64,000 nt of DNA, from positions 1,642 through 65,641 of the forward strand of contig JANYAM010000218.1 in assembly GCA_025361365.1 (NCBI GenBank), in the 5' to 3' direction. Below, piece after piece: positions 29,675-39,464 of the stretch. The position numbers and the translations under genes were made by a program. Positions within the stretch are counted from its first letter, which is position 1; each line of letters begins with the position of its first letter. The notes below the pieces were generated by a model. It did not search any database. It had not been told where the DNA came from and saw only the letters and a list, made by a program, of their open reading frames with translations. Source of the DNA: Opitutus sp. (GTDB lineage Bacteria; Verrucomicrobiota; Verrucomicrobiia; Opitutales; Opitutaceae).

Positions 29675-29748
29675 TGTGGGAGGAACTTTACGTCCCGACA
29701 CGAAAGCGCTACGAACACTTAACGTCGGGGCATAAAGCCCCTCCCACA
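29675..29748. repeat. REP doublet
   Basis: tGTGGGAGGAACtttacGTCCCGACa (29675-29700) and the inverted unit cGTCGGGGCataaaGCCCCTCCCACa (29723-29748), between sufU and sufS. Confidence 0.6.
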
Positions 29749-29778
29749 CTCTCCCTCTCACTTTCCCTCTCAATCGTA

Positions 29779-31014
29779 ATGCCCGACTGGTCCAACGTCC
29801 GCGCCGACTTCCCCATCCTGCACCAGCAGGTGAACGGCCATCCCCTGGTCTACCTCGACAACGGCGCCACCTCGCAGAAGCCGCGCAGCGTGATCGACGC
29901 CCTTGTCCGCTACTACGAGCGCGACAACAGCAACGTCCACCGCGGCCTGCACGCGCTCTCGACGCGCGCCACCGACGCCTACGAAGGCGCCCGGACCCGC
30001 ATCGCCAAGTTCATCAACGCCGCCGACCCGGCAGAGGTCCTCTTCACGCGCGGCACCACGGAAAGCATCAATATCGTCGCGCGCAGCTGGGGCCACGCCC
30101 ACCTGAAGCCCGGCGACGTCGTGCTCACCACCGAGTTCGAGCACCACTCCAACCTCGTGCCCTGGCAGCAGGCCGCCAAGGCCGCCGGCGCCACGCTCAA
30201 ATATGTGCCGCTGCTCGGCGCCGATGGCGAAGGCGGACTCGACCTGGCCGCGCTGGACAAATTGCTCACGCCGCAGGTGAAGCTCTTCGCGTTCACGCAC
30301 ATCTCGAACACCCTCGGCACGATCAATCCGGTCGCGGAGCTTTGCCGCAAGGCCCGCGCCGTCGGCGCCGTCACGGTGATCGACGCCGCCCAGTCCATCG
30401 GCCACCGGCCGCTCGATGTGCAGCAGATCGGCTGCGACTTCCTCGCCTTCTCCGGCCACAAGATGTGCGGTCCCACCGGCATCGGCGTCCTCTACGGCCG
30501 CCGCGCCCTGCTCGACAAGCTTGCCCCCGACGAGACCGGCGGCGGCATGGTCGCCCAGGTCACCTACGAAGGCGCCACGTGGAAACCCGCCCCTGAGCGC
30601 TTCGAGGCCGGCACGCCCAACGTCGCCGACGCCATCGCCCTCGGCGCCGCCTGCGATTACCTTGATGCTCTTGGGCGGGACAAGATCGCCGCGCACGACA
30701 CTGCTCTGGTCACGATCGCGATGGAGAAACTCTCCGCCCTGCCCGGCATCCGGATCATTGGCCCGAAGCAAGGCGCCGAGCGCAGCAGCATGGTCAGCTT
30801 CGCCTTCGAGGGCGTCCATGCGCACGACGTCGTGACCTTCGCGGACGAGGATGGCATCGCCCTTCGCGGCGGCCACCACTGCAACCAGCCTCTCATGCGC
30901 AAGCTCGGCCTGACGAGCACGACCCGCGCGAGCTTCTACCTTTATAATACCGAAGAGGAAATCGACCGGCTCGTGAAGTCGCTGCAAAGAATTCAAAAAT
31001 TCTTCGCCGGTTGA
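29779..31014 (+). CDS. sufS: Cysteine desulfurase, SufS subfamily
   Basis: PLP lysine context FSGHKMCGPTGIG and active-site RGGHHCNQPL. Start at ATG 29779. Confidence 0.9.
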   Translation: MPDWSNVRADFPILHQQVNGHPLVYLDNGATSQKPRSVIDALVRYYERDNSNVHRGLHALSTRATDAYEGARTRIAKFINAADPAEVLFTRGTTESINIVARSWGHAHLKPGDVVLTTEFEHHSNLVPWQQAAKAAGATLKYVPLLGADGEGGLDLAALDKLLTPQVKLFAFTHISNTLGTINPVAELCRKARAVGAVTVIDAAQSIGHRPLDVQQIGCDFLAFSGHKMCGPTGIGVLYGRRALLDKLAPDETGGGMVAQVTYEGATWKPAPERFEAGTPNVADAIALGAACDYLDALGRDKIAAHDTALVTIAMEKLSALPGIRIIGPKQGAERSSMVSFAFEGVHAHDVVTFADEDGIALRGGHHCNQPLMRKLGLTSTTRASFYLYNTEEEIDRLVKSLQRIQKFFAG

Positions 31015-31478
31015 TGCCTTGAGGTGGAGCGCATAGCCCCGCTCCACCAATGAGGCCAGTCCTCTTCCCCGGCGCAGAGCAGCTTCGCCGTTGGAATGAG
31101 CCGGATGGAATGCCATTTCTCATTCGCCTCGTGTTGATCGCGAAGCCGGTGATCAAAGGAATTATTCTGCCAATGCACCGCCTGAAACCGTGCCGTGCCC
31201 CGTTTCCAATTACCAACCACTGCAGTCATCCCCTCATCTTCCGGAAAACGAAGCAAAGCATGCAAGTGATCCGGCATGAGCAGAAACAACTCACACCACC
31301 AATACCCCAGATCGTGATAGCATTTGGCCGCTTTGATCAGCTCCGCCGACAGGTTGGATTCCGTCAGTGCGCAGCGTTGCGTGGCCTCCACCCGGATTTG
31401 GGTATGAAACAGTGCGCCGTTTCTCACCCAACCCGGTGTGGCGTGATGCAAATGCAGTGGATACTCGATCACCCCCAC
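30993..31478 (-). CDS. REP-associated tyrosine transposase (RAYT / IS200-like Y1 family), probably degenerate
   Basis: HUH motif LLMPDHLHALL. C-terminal EEDWPHWW resembles the family end. The expected Y-x-x-x-N-P segment reads WHSIRLIPTAK (no Tyr). About 50% GC versus about 68% for neighbours. The 3' end overlaps sufS by 22 nt. Confidence 0.65.
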   Translation of the reverse strand: MGVIEYPLHLHHATPGWVRNGALFHTQIRVEATQRCALTESNLSAELIKAAKCYHDLGYWWCELFLLMPDHLHALLRFPEDEGMTAVVGNWKRGTARFQAVHWQNNSFDHRLRDQHEANEKWHSIRLIPTAKLLCAGEEDWPHWWSGAMRSTSRHQPAKNF

Positions 31479-31537
31479 ACTCTAAAGATGGAGCGAGCTG
31501 ACCTCACGGCGCCTCTTCACCTAAACGCAGGCGCCAA

Positions 31538-31559
31538 AACGCGCTGGGATCAGCGCGTT
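31538..31559 (-). terminator. Terminator after the M20 hydrolase gene
   Basis: Minus strand reads AACGCGCTG-atcc-CAGCGCGTT followed by TTGG. Short T-run, so weak. Confidence 0.4.
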
Positions 31560-31569
31560 CCACCTCAGG

Positions 31570-32808
31570 TCATTTCCGAGTCACCCACGCCAGCGCCTTG
31601 GTGGCGAGCTTGTCGAACGCCGTCACGCACAGCTCGAGGTGTTCCTCCTTGGTGTCCTCGATCTTGTTGTGACTGATGCCGTGCAGGCTTTGCACGAACA
31701 TCATCACCGTCGGCACACCCGCGCCGCAGGTCTCGGCCGCGTCGTGCAGCGGGCCCGACGGCAGACGGTGCGACTTCGACACCGTCTCCTTGATCGCCGC
31801 GTCGCACAGCTCGATCAACTCGGGATGAAACGGCCGCGGCTCGATTTGCCAGAGACGCGCCCACGCGACCTTCACGTTGCCCTCCTTGGCGAAGCGCTCG
31901 CTGGCTTCCTTCGCCTCGCACAACATCGTCGCCAGCGCCTTCGCGTCGAGGTGGCGCTGGTCGAGCGTGATCCGGCATTCCTCGACGACGCTCGTCACGA
32001 TGCCGGGCTTGGTCGTGCACGAGCCGATGGTGCACACGCCGCCGTTGCGGTCGGTGATGCGGTAGATTTCCTGGCCCATCTTGCCGGCGGCGAGAAAAGC
32101 ATCCTTGCGCCGGTTCATCGGCGTGCTGCCGGAGTGCGCAGCCTGGCCATGGAATGTGATCGCGTGCCGCTCCACGCCGAACGTCCCGAGCACCGCGCCG
32201 AGCGGCAGATCCAAGTCGAGCAGCACCGGCCCCTGCTCGATGTGCAGCTCGAGGTAGGCCGCGGCGTTCTTCAACTCGACGCCGCTGTCCTTCACCTTCT
32301 CGAAATCCACGCCGACGGCCTTGAGCGCGTCGGGCAGTGTCAGGCCCTGCTTGTCCTTGAGGCCGCGCGCCTCCTTCATGTCGAGCGCGCCGGAGCACGC
32401 GGACGAGCCGAACAGGCTCTTGCCAAAGCGCGCGCCCTCCTCGTCCGCCCAGTCCACGACGCGCACCGTCACCGGCGGCTTCCCTTGATATTGCTCGTTG
32501 ATGCGACGCAGCACCTCGACGCCGGCCATGACGTTCAGGCAGCCGTCGAGCCAGCCGCCGTTCGGCACGGAGTCCATATGGCCGCCCATGAGCAGCGCTT
32601 TGTCCGACTCGCCGCGCAACGTCGCCCAGAAATTTCCCGCGGCATCGATGTGCATTTCCACCGGCAGGCCGGCGAACCGCTCCTTCAACCAGGCCCGTGT
32701 CGTCACCCACATCGGGGTGAAGGCCACGCGTTGCGCGCCGTTGTCATCGCCAGTCAGTGCCCGTAGTTCCTTCAGTTCGGAAACGGTGCGTTTCGGGTTC
32801 AGCGGCAT
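31570..32808 (-). CDS. M20-family Zn amidohydrolase (N-carbamoyl-beta-alanine / allantoate amidohydrolase type)
   Basis: LLMGGHMDSVPNGGWLDG metal-binding motif. ~410 aa, typical for the family. Context suggests beta-ureidopropionase. Confidence 0.75.
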   Translation of the reverse strand: MPLNPKRTVSELKELRALTGDDNGAQRVAFTPMWVTTRAWLKERFAGLPVEMHIDAAGNFWATLRGESDKALLMGGHMDSVPNGGWLDGCLNVMAGVEVLRRINEQYQGKPPVTVRVVDWADEEGARFGKSLFGSSACSGALDMKEARGLKDKQGLTLPDALKAVGVDFEKVKDSGVELKNAAAYLELHIEQGPVLLDLDLPLGAVLGTFGVERHAITFHGQAAHSGSTPMNRRKDAFLAAGKMGQEIYRITDRNGGVCTIGSCTTKPGIVTSVVEECRITLDQRHLDAKALATMLCEAKEASERFAKEGNVKVAWARLWQIEPRPFHPELIELCDAAIKETVSKSHRLPSGPLHDAAETCGAGVPTVMMFVQSLHGISHNKIEDTKEEHLELCVTAFDKLATKALAWVTRK

Positions 32809-32997
32809 GGGAATACGGGTTGGGGGCGGTCTGATTTCTGCTTGGAAACTACCGGCTTCTCCGCTGTATTCAATCCACCAATAACCTAACCATCATTCCT
32901 GCAGGCGCCCGCGTTGGCCCTGGGAATAGCCGGCCAAGTTGACTGACTTCCCTCGTGCTGAGCCCCTTTGCGCTCTGTCGGAGGTCCCTGCGTCCCC

Positions 32998-34449
32998 ATG
33001 CCTCTCTCCCCGCTGCTCCCCGCCGACGCCCTCGCCGCCAACTTCACCGACCTCAAGCCGCCGCTCCGGCCACAGGAAGCCTTCGTCGAGGCCAGCCGCT
33101 GCCTCTACTGCTTCGACGCGCCGTGCATCATGGCCTGCCCGACGGGCATCGATATCCCGGCCTTCATCAAGAAAATCGCCTTCGGCAACCCGGCCGGCGC
33201 CGCCAAGACCATCCTCACCGCCAACATCCTCGGCGCCTCCTGTGCCCGCGTCTGCCCGACCGAGGTGCTCTGCGAGGGCGCCTGCGTCCTCGACGACCGC
33301 GACGAGCAGCCGATCATGATCGGCCGCCTGCAGCGCTACGCCACCGACTACGTCACCGAGCGCGGGCTCAATGTCCTGCCCCAGCCCCCGGCCAAAAAGT
33401 CCGGCCAGAAGATCGCCGTCATCGGCGCCGGTCCCGCCGGCCTCGGCTGCGCCGCCGAATTGGCGCAGCTCGGCCACAGTGTCACGATTCTCGAGCGGCA
33501 GAAGCAGGCCGGTGGCCTCAACACCTACGGCATCGCCTACTACAAGATGAAGCCGCAGGTCAGCCTCGCCGAGGTAAAGCTCGTCCAGTCGCTCGGCGTC
33601 GAGCTGCGCACGGGCGTCGCCGTCGGCCAGCATGTCACCATCGCCGAGTTGGAGAAAGAATACGACGCGCTCTTCGTCGGCGTCGGCCTCGGCGCCGCCA
33701 CGCGGTTGCACATCCCGGGCGAGGAGCTGCCCGAGGTGGTCGACGCCCTTGAGTTCATCTCCCGAATCCACACCGACCCGCTCCACACGGTGCCGGTCGG
33801 CCACCGCGTCGCCGTCATCGGCGCCGGCAACACCGCGATCGACGCCGTCACGCAGTCGAAGCGCCTCGGCGCCGAGCGGGCCTTCATCGTCTACCGCCGC
33901 GCCGAGGGCGACATGTCCGCCTACGATTTCGAATACGAGCACGCCAAGCACGACGGCGCGCAGTTCGTCTTCCACGCCATGCCAGTCGAGGTCGTCGCGA
34001 CCAACGGCCATGTCTCCGGCCTCAAGCTGGTGCGCACCCAGCTCGTCAAAGGGAAGCTCTCCCCCGTCCCCGGCACCGAGTGGATCGAGCCCTGCGATCT
34101 CGTGCTCAAGGCCGTCGGCCAGGAAAAACAGGTCAAGCTGCTGCGCGGGCTTTTCCCCGAGCTGGTGGTCGACGAGCGCGGCGTCATCGCCCACGACCCA
34201 CTCACCGGCCAGACCAACCTGCCGCACGTCTTTGTCGGCGGCGACTGCGGCAACGGCGGCCGCGAGGTCGTCAACGCCGTCGGCGAGGGCAAGAAGGCCG
34301 CGCACGGCATCCACGCTTTCCTCACGTCGCAGACGGCCGAACCTCCCGTCCAGCCCTCGCGCCTCGGCGCCAAGCAAGGCGCCACCGGCTCCGGCCTGCT
34401 CCACCCCATCCGCGCGCAAGAGCTCGAGGCCGCGCTCAAAGCCAAATGA
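32998..34449 (+). CDS. preT: NAD-dependent dihydropyrimidine dehydrogenase subunit PreT (GltD-like)
   Basis: Fe-S Cys motifs (CLYCFDAPC, CARVCP) and two dinucleotide folds (IAVIGAGPAG, VAVIGAGNTA). Start at ATG 32998. Confidence 0.8.
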   Translation: MPLSPLLPADALAANFTDLKPPLRPQEAFVEASRCLYCFDAPCIMACPTGIDIPAFIKKIAFGNPAGAAKTILTANILGASCARVCPTEVLCEGACVLDDRDEQPIMIGRLQRYATDYVTERGLNVLPQPPAKKSGQKIAVIGAGPAGLGCAAELAQLGHSVTILERQKQAGGLNTYGIAYYKMKPQVSLAEVKLVQSLGVELRTGVAVGQHVTIAELEKEYDALFVGVGLGAATRLHIPGEELPEVVDALEFISRIHTDPLHTVPVGHRVAVIGAGNTAIDAVTQSKRLGAERAFIVYRRAEGDMSAYDFEYEHAKHDGAQFVFHAMPVEVVATNGHVSGLKLVRTQLVKGKLSPVPGTEWIEPCDLVLKAVGQEKQVKLLRGLFPELVVDERGVIAHDPLTGQTNLPHVFVGGDCGNGGREVVNAVGEGKKAAHGIHAFLTSQTAEPPVQPSRLGAKQGATGSGLLHPIRAQELEAALKAK

Positions 34450-34452
34450 TTT

Positions 34453-34566
34453 TAGCCACAAAAAGTCACAAAGGGATTTGTCCAGCAGCCGTGAAGCTTC
34501 CGCGCGCCTATAGGCGCCTTGAGGCTTTAACCGGCTCCCATTTTTTTGTGTCTCTTCGTGGCCAAC
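34453..34566. mobile_element. MITE-like palindromic element, CACAAA family, copy 3 (core inverted relative to copies 1 and 2)
   Basis: Arms TAGCCACAAAAAGTCACAAAGGG and TTTTTTTGTGTCTCTTCGTGGCCAA. Core GAAGCTTCCGCGCGCCTATAGGCGCC is the reverse complement of the copy-1 core. Confidence 0.6.
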
Positions 34567-34628
34567 ACCTCTGCTGCCTTTGTTCTGTCCTCCGTCCTCC
34601 GTCCTCCGTCCTTTGACCTCTGTTTCCC

Positions 34629-35945
34629 ATGGCTGACCTCTCCTGCAATCTCGCCGGCATCAAGTCCCCCAATCCATTCTGGATCGGCTCCGGCCCGCCG
34701 GCCAACACCGGCTATCAGGCCCACCGCGCCTTCGAGGCCGGCTGGGGCGGCGTCGTGTGGAAGACCATCGGCACGCCCATCGTCAACGTCTCCTCGCGTT
34801 ACTCCGCGCTCAACCACGGTAAGGACCGGATGATCGGCCTCAACAACATCGAGCTCATCTCCGACCGTGCGCCCGAGACCAACTTCCGCGAGATTGCCGA
34901 GGTCAAGAAGCGCTGGCCGCACCACGCCGTCATCGCCTCGCTCATGGTCGAGACCCGTGAACAGTGGCACGAGTTCGTCCAACGCGCCGCCGATGCCGGC
35001 GCCGACGGCATCGAGCTCAACTACGGCTGCCCGCACGGCATGTGCGAGCGCGGCATGGGCTCGGCCGTCGGCCAGCAGCCGGCCGTCGCCGAGAAGATCA
35101 CGAGCTGGGTCATGGAGAAAGCCACCATCCCGGTGATCGTGAAGCTCACACCGAATATCACCGACATCACCATGGCCGCCCGCGCCGCGAAGCGCGCCGG
35201 AGCCAACGCCATCTCGCTGATCAACACGATCAACTCGATCACCAACGTGAACCTCGACACGTTCGTGCCCGAGCCCACCGTCCGCGGCCTCAGCTCGCAC
35301 GGCGGCTATTGCGGGCCGGCCGTCAAGCCCATCGCGCTGAACATGCTGCAGGCCTGCGCCGCCGACCCCGACGTCAACCTGCCCATCTCCGGCATCGGCG
35401 GCATCACCACCTGGCGCGACGCCGCCGAGTTCATCGCCCTCGGCGCCACCTCGCTGCAGGTCTGCACCGCCGTCATGCACTACGGTTTCCGCATCGTCGA
35501 GGACATGAACGAGGGCCTGAACGCCTACCTGGATTCGAAGGGCATGAAGTCCCTCGCCGACCTCCGCGGCAAATCCGTCCAGAAGCTGCAGAAGTGGGAG
35601 AACCTCGACCTGAGCTTCCAGCGTGTGGCCCGCATCGACTACGACAAGTGCATCGGCTGCAACCTCTGCTACATCGCCTGCGAGGACGGCGCCCACCAGT
35701 GCATCGACCTCAAGTCGCCCGACGAACTCAAGGTCGGCCTCGGCCCGGGCCGCGTGCCACACAAGCCCGTCCCCAAAGTCCGCGAGGAGGACTGTGTCGG
35801 CTGCAATCTCTGCTCGCTCGTCTGTCCCGTGGACGAGTGCATCACGATGGTCGAAATCCCCAACGGCCGGGCGCCAATGACTTGGAGCAACTACCAGGAC
35901 CGCCTCGCCCAAGGCGAAATGAAAGCCATCCCGCCCCACCCATGA
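34629..35945 (+). CDS. preA: Dihydropyrimidine dehydrogenase subunit PreA (DHOD-like TIM barrel plus 2x[4Fe-4S])
   Basis: DHOD-like N-terminus and C-terminal ferredoxin motifs CIGCNLCYIACED and CVGCNLCSLVCP. Confidence 0.85.
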   Translation: MADLSCNLAGIKSPNPFWIGSGPPANTGYQAHRAFEAGWGGVVWKTIGTPIVNVSSRYSALNHGKDRMIGLNNIELISDRAPETNFREIAEVKKRWPHHAVIASLMVETREQWHEFVQRAADAGADGIELNYGCPHGMCERGMGSAVGQQPAVAEKITSWVMEKATIPVIVKLTPNITDITMAARAAKRAGANAISLINTINSITNVNLDTFVPEPTVRGLSSHGGYCGPAVKPIALNMLQACAADPDVNLPISGIGGITTWRDAAEFIALGATSLQVCTAVMHYGFRIVEDMNEGLNAYLDSKGMKSLADLRGKSVQKLQKWENLDLSFQRVARIDYDKCIGCNLCYIACEDGAHQCIDLKSPDELKVGLGPGRVPHKPVPKVREEDCVGCNLCSLVCPVDECITMVEIPNGRAPMTWSNYQDRLAQGEMKAIPPHP

Positions 35946-36340
35946 AAACCAAACTCTTCTGCCTGTTTCTCGTCCTCGCCGCCACGCGCCTGGCTGCCGC
36001 CGACGCTCCCGCGAAAGCCGCGGATACCGACTCTTCCCGCGTCGTGTTCGAGAACGACAAGGTCCGTTGCATTCTCTATCACAACGCGACCGGCAAGAAC
36101 GCCTGTGGATTCGGCATGCATTCGCACCCGGCGCACCTCTATATTCAGATCCAACCGGGAAAATTCCGCGTAACCACCCCGGACGGCAAGACGGAGGTCG
36201 TCGATGGCCCGGCCGGCGACGTCGGCTGGGAGCCCGCGGTCACGCACCGCGTCGAGGGCGTGTCACCCGGCGGCGTCGACACCTATCTCATCGAGGTAAA
36301 GGACAAGGATTGGAAGCCCTCGAACGGCCTGCATCTCTAA
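35942..36340 (+). CDS. Small secreted cupin-like protein
   Basis: ATG overlaps the preA stop (ATGA). Signal peptide MKTKLFCLFLVLAATRLAAA. GMHSHPAHLYI His-rich strand suggests a cupin. Confidence 0.5.
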   Translation: MKTKLFCLFLVLAATRLAAADAPAKAADTDSSRVVFENDKVRCILYHNATGKNACGFGMHSHPAHLYIQIQPGKFRVTTPDGKTEVVDGPAGDVGWEPAVTHRVEGVSPGGVDTYLIEVKDKDWKPSNGLHL

Positions 36341-36352
36341 CCGACTTTCCCC

Positions 36353-37840
36353 ATGTCCAACCTCACCCCCTGTCCCCTGCTTATCAACGGCGAATGGTTG
36401 CAGCCGAAGATTGGCGCCACGCCTGTCTATAATCCGTCCACCGGCGACGTCATCGCCGAGTGCCCCGCGGGCGGCCCGGCCGAGGTCAACGCCGCCGTCG
36501 AGGCCGCGGCGGCCGCCTTCCCCGGCTGGCGCGACACGCCGCCGATCGAGCGCGCACGCGTCTTCTTCAAATACCGCCAGCTCGTCGAGGCCAACTTCGA
36601 CCAGCTCTGCCAGACCGTCTCGCGCGAGCACGGCAAGACCCACGCCGAGGCCCGCGGCTCCATCTTCCGCGGCATCGAGAACATCGAATACGCCTGCGGC
36701 ATCCCCACCCTGCTCTTCGGCGACTCGCTGCGGAACATCGCGCGCGGCGTGGATTGCGACACCATCAACATGCCGCTCGGCGTCTGCGTCGGCATCACGC
36801 CGTTCAACTTTCCCGCGATGGTGCCGCTGTGGATGTATCCCACGGCCATCGCCTGCGGCAACACCTTCGTCCTGAAACCGAGCGAGAAGGTCCCGCTCAG
36901 CGCCGTGCTGCTTGGCCAGCTGCTCGAGCAGGCCGGCTGCCCCAAGGGCGTGTTCAACATTGTCCACGGCGGCCGCGCCTCCGTCGACGCCCTGCTCACC
37001 CACCCGAAGGTGAAGGCGATCTCCTTCGTTGGCTCCACGCCGATCGCGAAATACATCTACGAGACCGGCATCAAGCACGGCAAACGTGTCCAGGCCAACG
37101 GCGGCGCCAAGAACTACATCGTGGTCATGCCCGACGCCGACGTCGGCAAGACCGTCGAAAACCTCACCACCGCCGCCTTCGGCTGCGCGGGCGAACGCTG
37201 CATGGCGGGCTCCACCGCCATCGCCGTCGGCGCGGCGGCCGACCGCGTGCTGCCCGAGCTGGTGAAAGCCGCCAACGCCATCAAGGTCGGCCCTACCGAC
37301 CGCGCCGCGCAGCCCGACATGGGCCCCGTCATCACCGGCGCCCACCGCGACCGTGTGCTCAGCCTCCTCGCCACGGGCGAGAAGGAGGGCGCCAAGATTA
37401 TCGCCGACGGTCGCGGCGTGAAGGTCGCCGATGCGCCGAAGGGCTTCTATGTCGGAGCGACCGTCGTGGACGGCGTGCAGAACAACATGACCCTCGCGAA
37501 GGAGGAGGTCTTCGGCCCCGTGTTGAACGTCATGCGCATGGACGACCTCGACGCTGCCATCGAGCAGGCGAACAAGTCCGCCTTCGGCAACGGCGCCGCG
37601 ATCTTCACCAACAACGGTCGCGCCGCCCGCGAGTTCACGATGCGCGTCAAGGCCGGCATGGTCGGCGTCAACGTCGGCGTCCCCGCCACGATGGCGATGT
37701 TCCCCTTCACCGGCTGGGACGAGTCCTTCTACGGCGACCTCCACATCCAGGGGAAGGAGAGCATCCAGTTCTACACCCAGCAGAAGGTCGTCTCGTCCCG
37801 CTGGTTCGGCGGCGACGTCGGCGACGTGTGGAAGAAATAA
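36353..37840 (+). CDS. mmsA: CoA-acylating (methyl)malonate-semialdehyde dehydrogenase
   Basis: ITPFNFPAMVPLWMYPTAIACGNTFVLKPSEK and GERCMA catalytic-Cys context. Confidence 0.85.
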   Translation: MSNLTPCPLLINGEWLQPKIGATPVYNPSTGDVIAECPAGGPAEVNAAVEAAAAAFPGWRDTPPIERARVFFKYRQLVEANFDQLCQTVSREHGKTHAEARGSIFRGIENIEYACGIPTLLFGDSLRNIARGVDCDTINMPLGVCVGITPFNFPAMVPLWMYPTAIACGNTFVLKPSEKVPLSAVLLGQLLEQAGCPKGVFNIVHGGRASVDALLTHPKVKAISFVGSTPIAKYIYETGIKHGKRVQANGGAKNYIVVMPDADVGKTVENLTTAAFGCAGERCMAGSTAIAVGAAADRVLPELVKAANAIKVGPTDRAAQPDMGPVITGAHRDRVLSLLATGEKEGAKIIADGRGVKVADAPKGFYVGATVVDGVQNNMTLAKEEVFGPVLNVMRMDDLDAAIEQANKSAFGNGAAIFTNNGRAAREFTMRVKAGMVGVNVGVPATMAMFPFTGWDESFYGDLHIQGKESIQFYTQQKVVSSRWFGGDVGDVWKK

Positions 37841-37852
37841 ACCTGATTCTTA

Positions 37853-37923
37853 ACCACGAAATACACGAACCACACGAAAGGATCCGAACCCTAACCTTTC
37901 GTGTATTTGGTGTATTTCGTGGT
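37853..37923 (+). repeat. Intercistronic word-built hairpin (CACGAA words)
   Basis: ACCACGAAATACACGAACCACACGAAAGG, a 13-nt loop, then CCTTTCGTGTATTTGGTGTATTTCGTGGT. Confidence 0.6.
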
Positions 37924-37947
37924 GACCTTGCCTTGAACTGAATTCCC

Positions 37948-39330
37948 ATGAGCTTACTGATCAAAAATGGAGAGATCGTTACCGCGGACTCGCGCTATAT
38001 CGCGGACATCTATTGCGAAGGCGAAACGATCACCAAGATCGACCGGAACATCACCGCGCCGGCCGGCACCGAGATCATCGATGCCAAGGGCAAATACGTT
38101 TTCCCGGGTTTCATTGACCCGCACGTGCACATCTACCTGCCGTTCATGGGCACGTTCTCCAAGGACACCTATGAGACCGGCTCGAAGGCCGCGCTGGTCG
38201 GCGGCACGACGACATTGATCGAGATGTGCTGCCCGGCCCGCGCCGATGACGCACTCAAGAGCTTCGAACTCTGGATGAGCCAGGCGGTGGGCAAGTCGGC
38301 GTGCGATTTCACGTTCCACATGGGCGTGACGAAATTCGACGGCGGCACCGAGGCCCAGCTGCGCGAAATCGTGAAACGCGGCATCGCTTCCTTCAAAATT
38401 TTCCTGGCCTACAAGGGCGCGTTCGGCGTCGACGACACGGAGCTCTACCGGACGCTCAAGCTCGCCAAGGAGCTCGGCGTCATCGTCACCGCCCACTGCG
38501 AGAACGAGACGCTCGTCGCGGAGCGCTGCAAGGAGCTACTCGCCGCCGGCAAGACCGACCCCGGCCAGCACCACGAGAGCCGCCCGCCGGCGGTCGAGGC
38601 CGAGGGCGTGCACCACCTGATGACCTTCGCCGAGCTGACCGGCGCCGCGACCTACATTGTCCACCTGAGCTGCAAGGAGGCGCTCGACCAGGCGATCGCC
38701 GCCCGCCAGCGCGGCGTGCGCGTCGGCGTGGAGACGCTCATCCAATACCTCACCCTCGACAAAACCTACGCCGAGAAGCCCAATTTCGAGGGCGCCAAGT
38801 TCGTCATGTCCCCTCCGCTGCGCGATGCCCGCAACCAAAGCGTCCTTTGGAACGGCCTGCGCGACGGCCTCATCCAGACCGTGGCGACCGACCACGCGCC
38901 GTTCGACTTCGAGAAACAAAAACCGATGGGCAAGGCCGACTTCACGAAGATCCCCAACGGCATCCCCTCACTCGAGGAACGCGTGAACCTGCTCTACACC
39001 TACGGCGTGAAGACCGGGAAGATCGACCTGCACACCTTCGTCAACGTCGCGAGCACGCAGGTCGCCAAGCTTTTCAACCTGTTCCCGCGCAAGGGTGCCA
39101 TCCAGCCGGGCGCCGACGCCGACCTCGTTGTCTTCGACCCGGACTACCGCGGCACGATTTCTGCAAAGACCCAGACCATGAACGTCGATTACAGCGCCTT
39201 CGAGGGCTGGAAGCTCGAGGGTCGGGCCAGCGTGGTCACCGTGCGCGGCCAGATCGCCGCCCAGAACGGCAAGTTCACCGGCACGCTCGGCCGCGGCCAG
39301 TTCCTGAAAAGAACTCCCAGCCATTTTTAG
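37948..39330 (+). CDS. Dihydropyrimidinase / D-hydantoinase
   Basis: FPGFIDPHVHIYLPFMG metal-binding HxH motif, carboxylated-Lys context SFKIFLAYKG, and VATDHAPF. Confidence 0.85.
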   Translation: MSLLIKNGEIVTADSRYIADIYCEGETITKIDRNITAPAGTEIIDAKGKYVFPGFIDPHVHIYLPFMGTFSKDTYETGSKAALVGGTTTLIEMCCPARADDALKSFELWMSQAVGKSACDFTFHMGVTKFDGGTEAQLREIVKRGIASFKIFLAYKGAFGVDDTELYRTLKLAKELGVIVTAHCENETLVAERCKELLAAGKTDPGQHHESRPPAVEAEGVHHLMTFAELTGAATYIVHLSCKEALDQAIAARQRGVRVGVETLIQYLTLDKTYAEKPNFEGAKFVMSPPLRDARNQSVLWNGLRDGLIQTVATDHAPFDFEKQKPMGKADFTKIPNGIPSLEERVNLLYTYGVKTGKIDLHTFVNVASTQVAKLFNLFPRKGAIQPGADADLVVFDPDYRGTISAKTQTMNVDYSAFEGWKLEGRASVVTVRGQIAAQNGKFTGTLGRGQFLKRTPSHF

Positions 39331-39411
39331 CCACGAAAAGGCGCAAGAATGCACAAAGAGAATACCAGGCAGCGGATCGTTTTTGTGTCTTTTTGCGCCT
39401 CTTTGTGGCTA
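39328..39411. mobile_element. Short variant of the CACAAA-family palindrome (no CCTATAGG core)
   Basis: TAGCCACGAAAAGGCGCAAGAATGCACAAAGAG...CTTTTTGTGTCTTTTTGCGCCTCTTTGTGGCTA. The left arm starts on the dihydropyrimidinase TAG stop. Confidence 0.5.
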
Positions 39412-39464
39412 TCCATGCCTTGTAGTATTTTCCAACTCCCATCCCTCAGCCACTGATTTCAACC

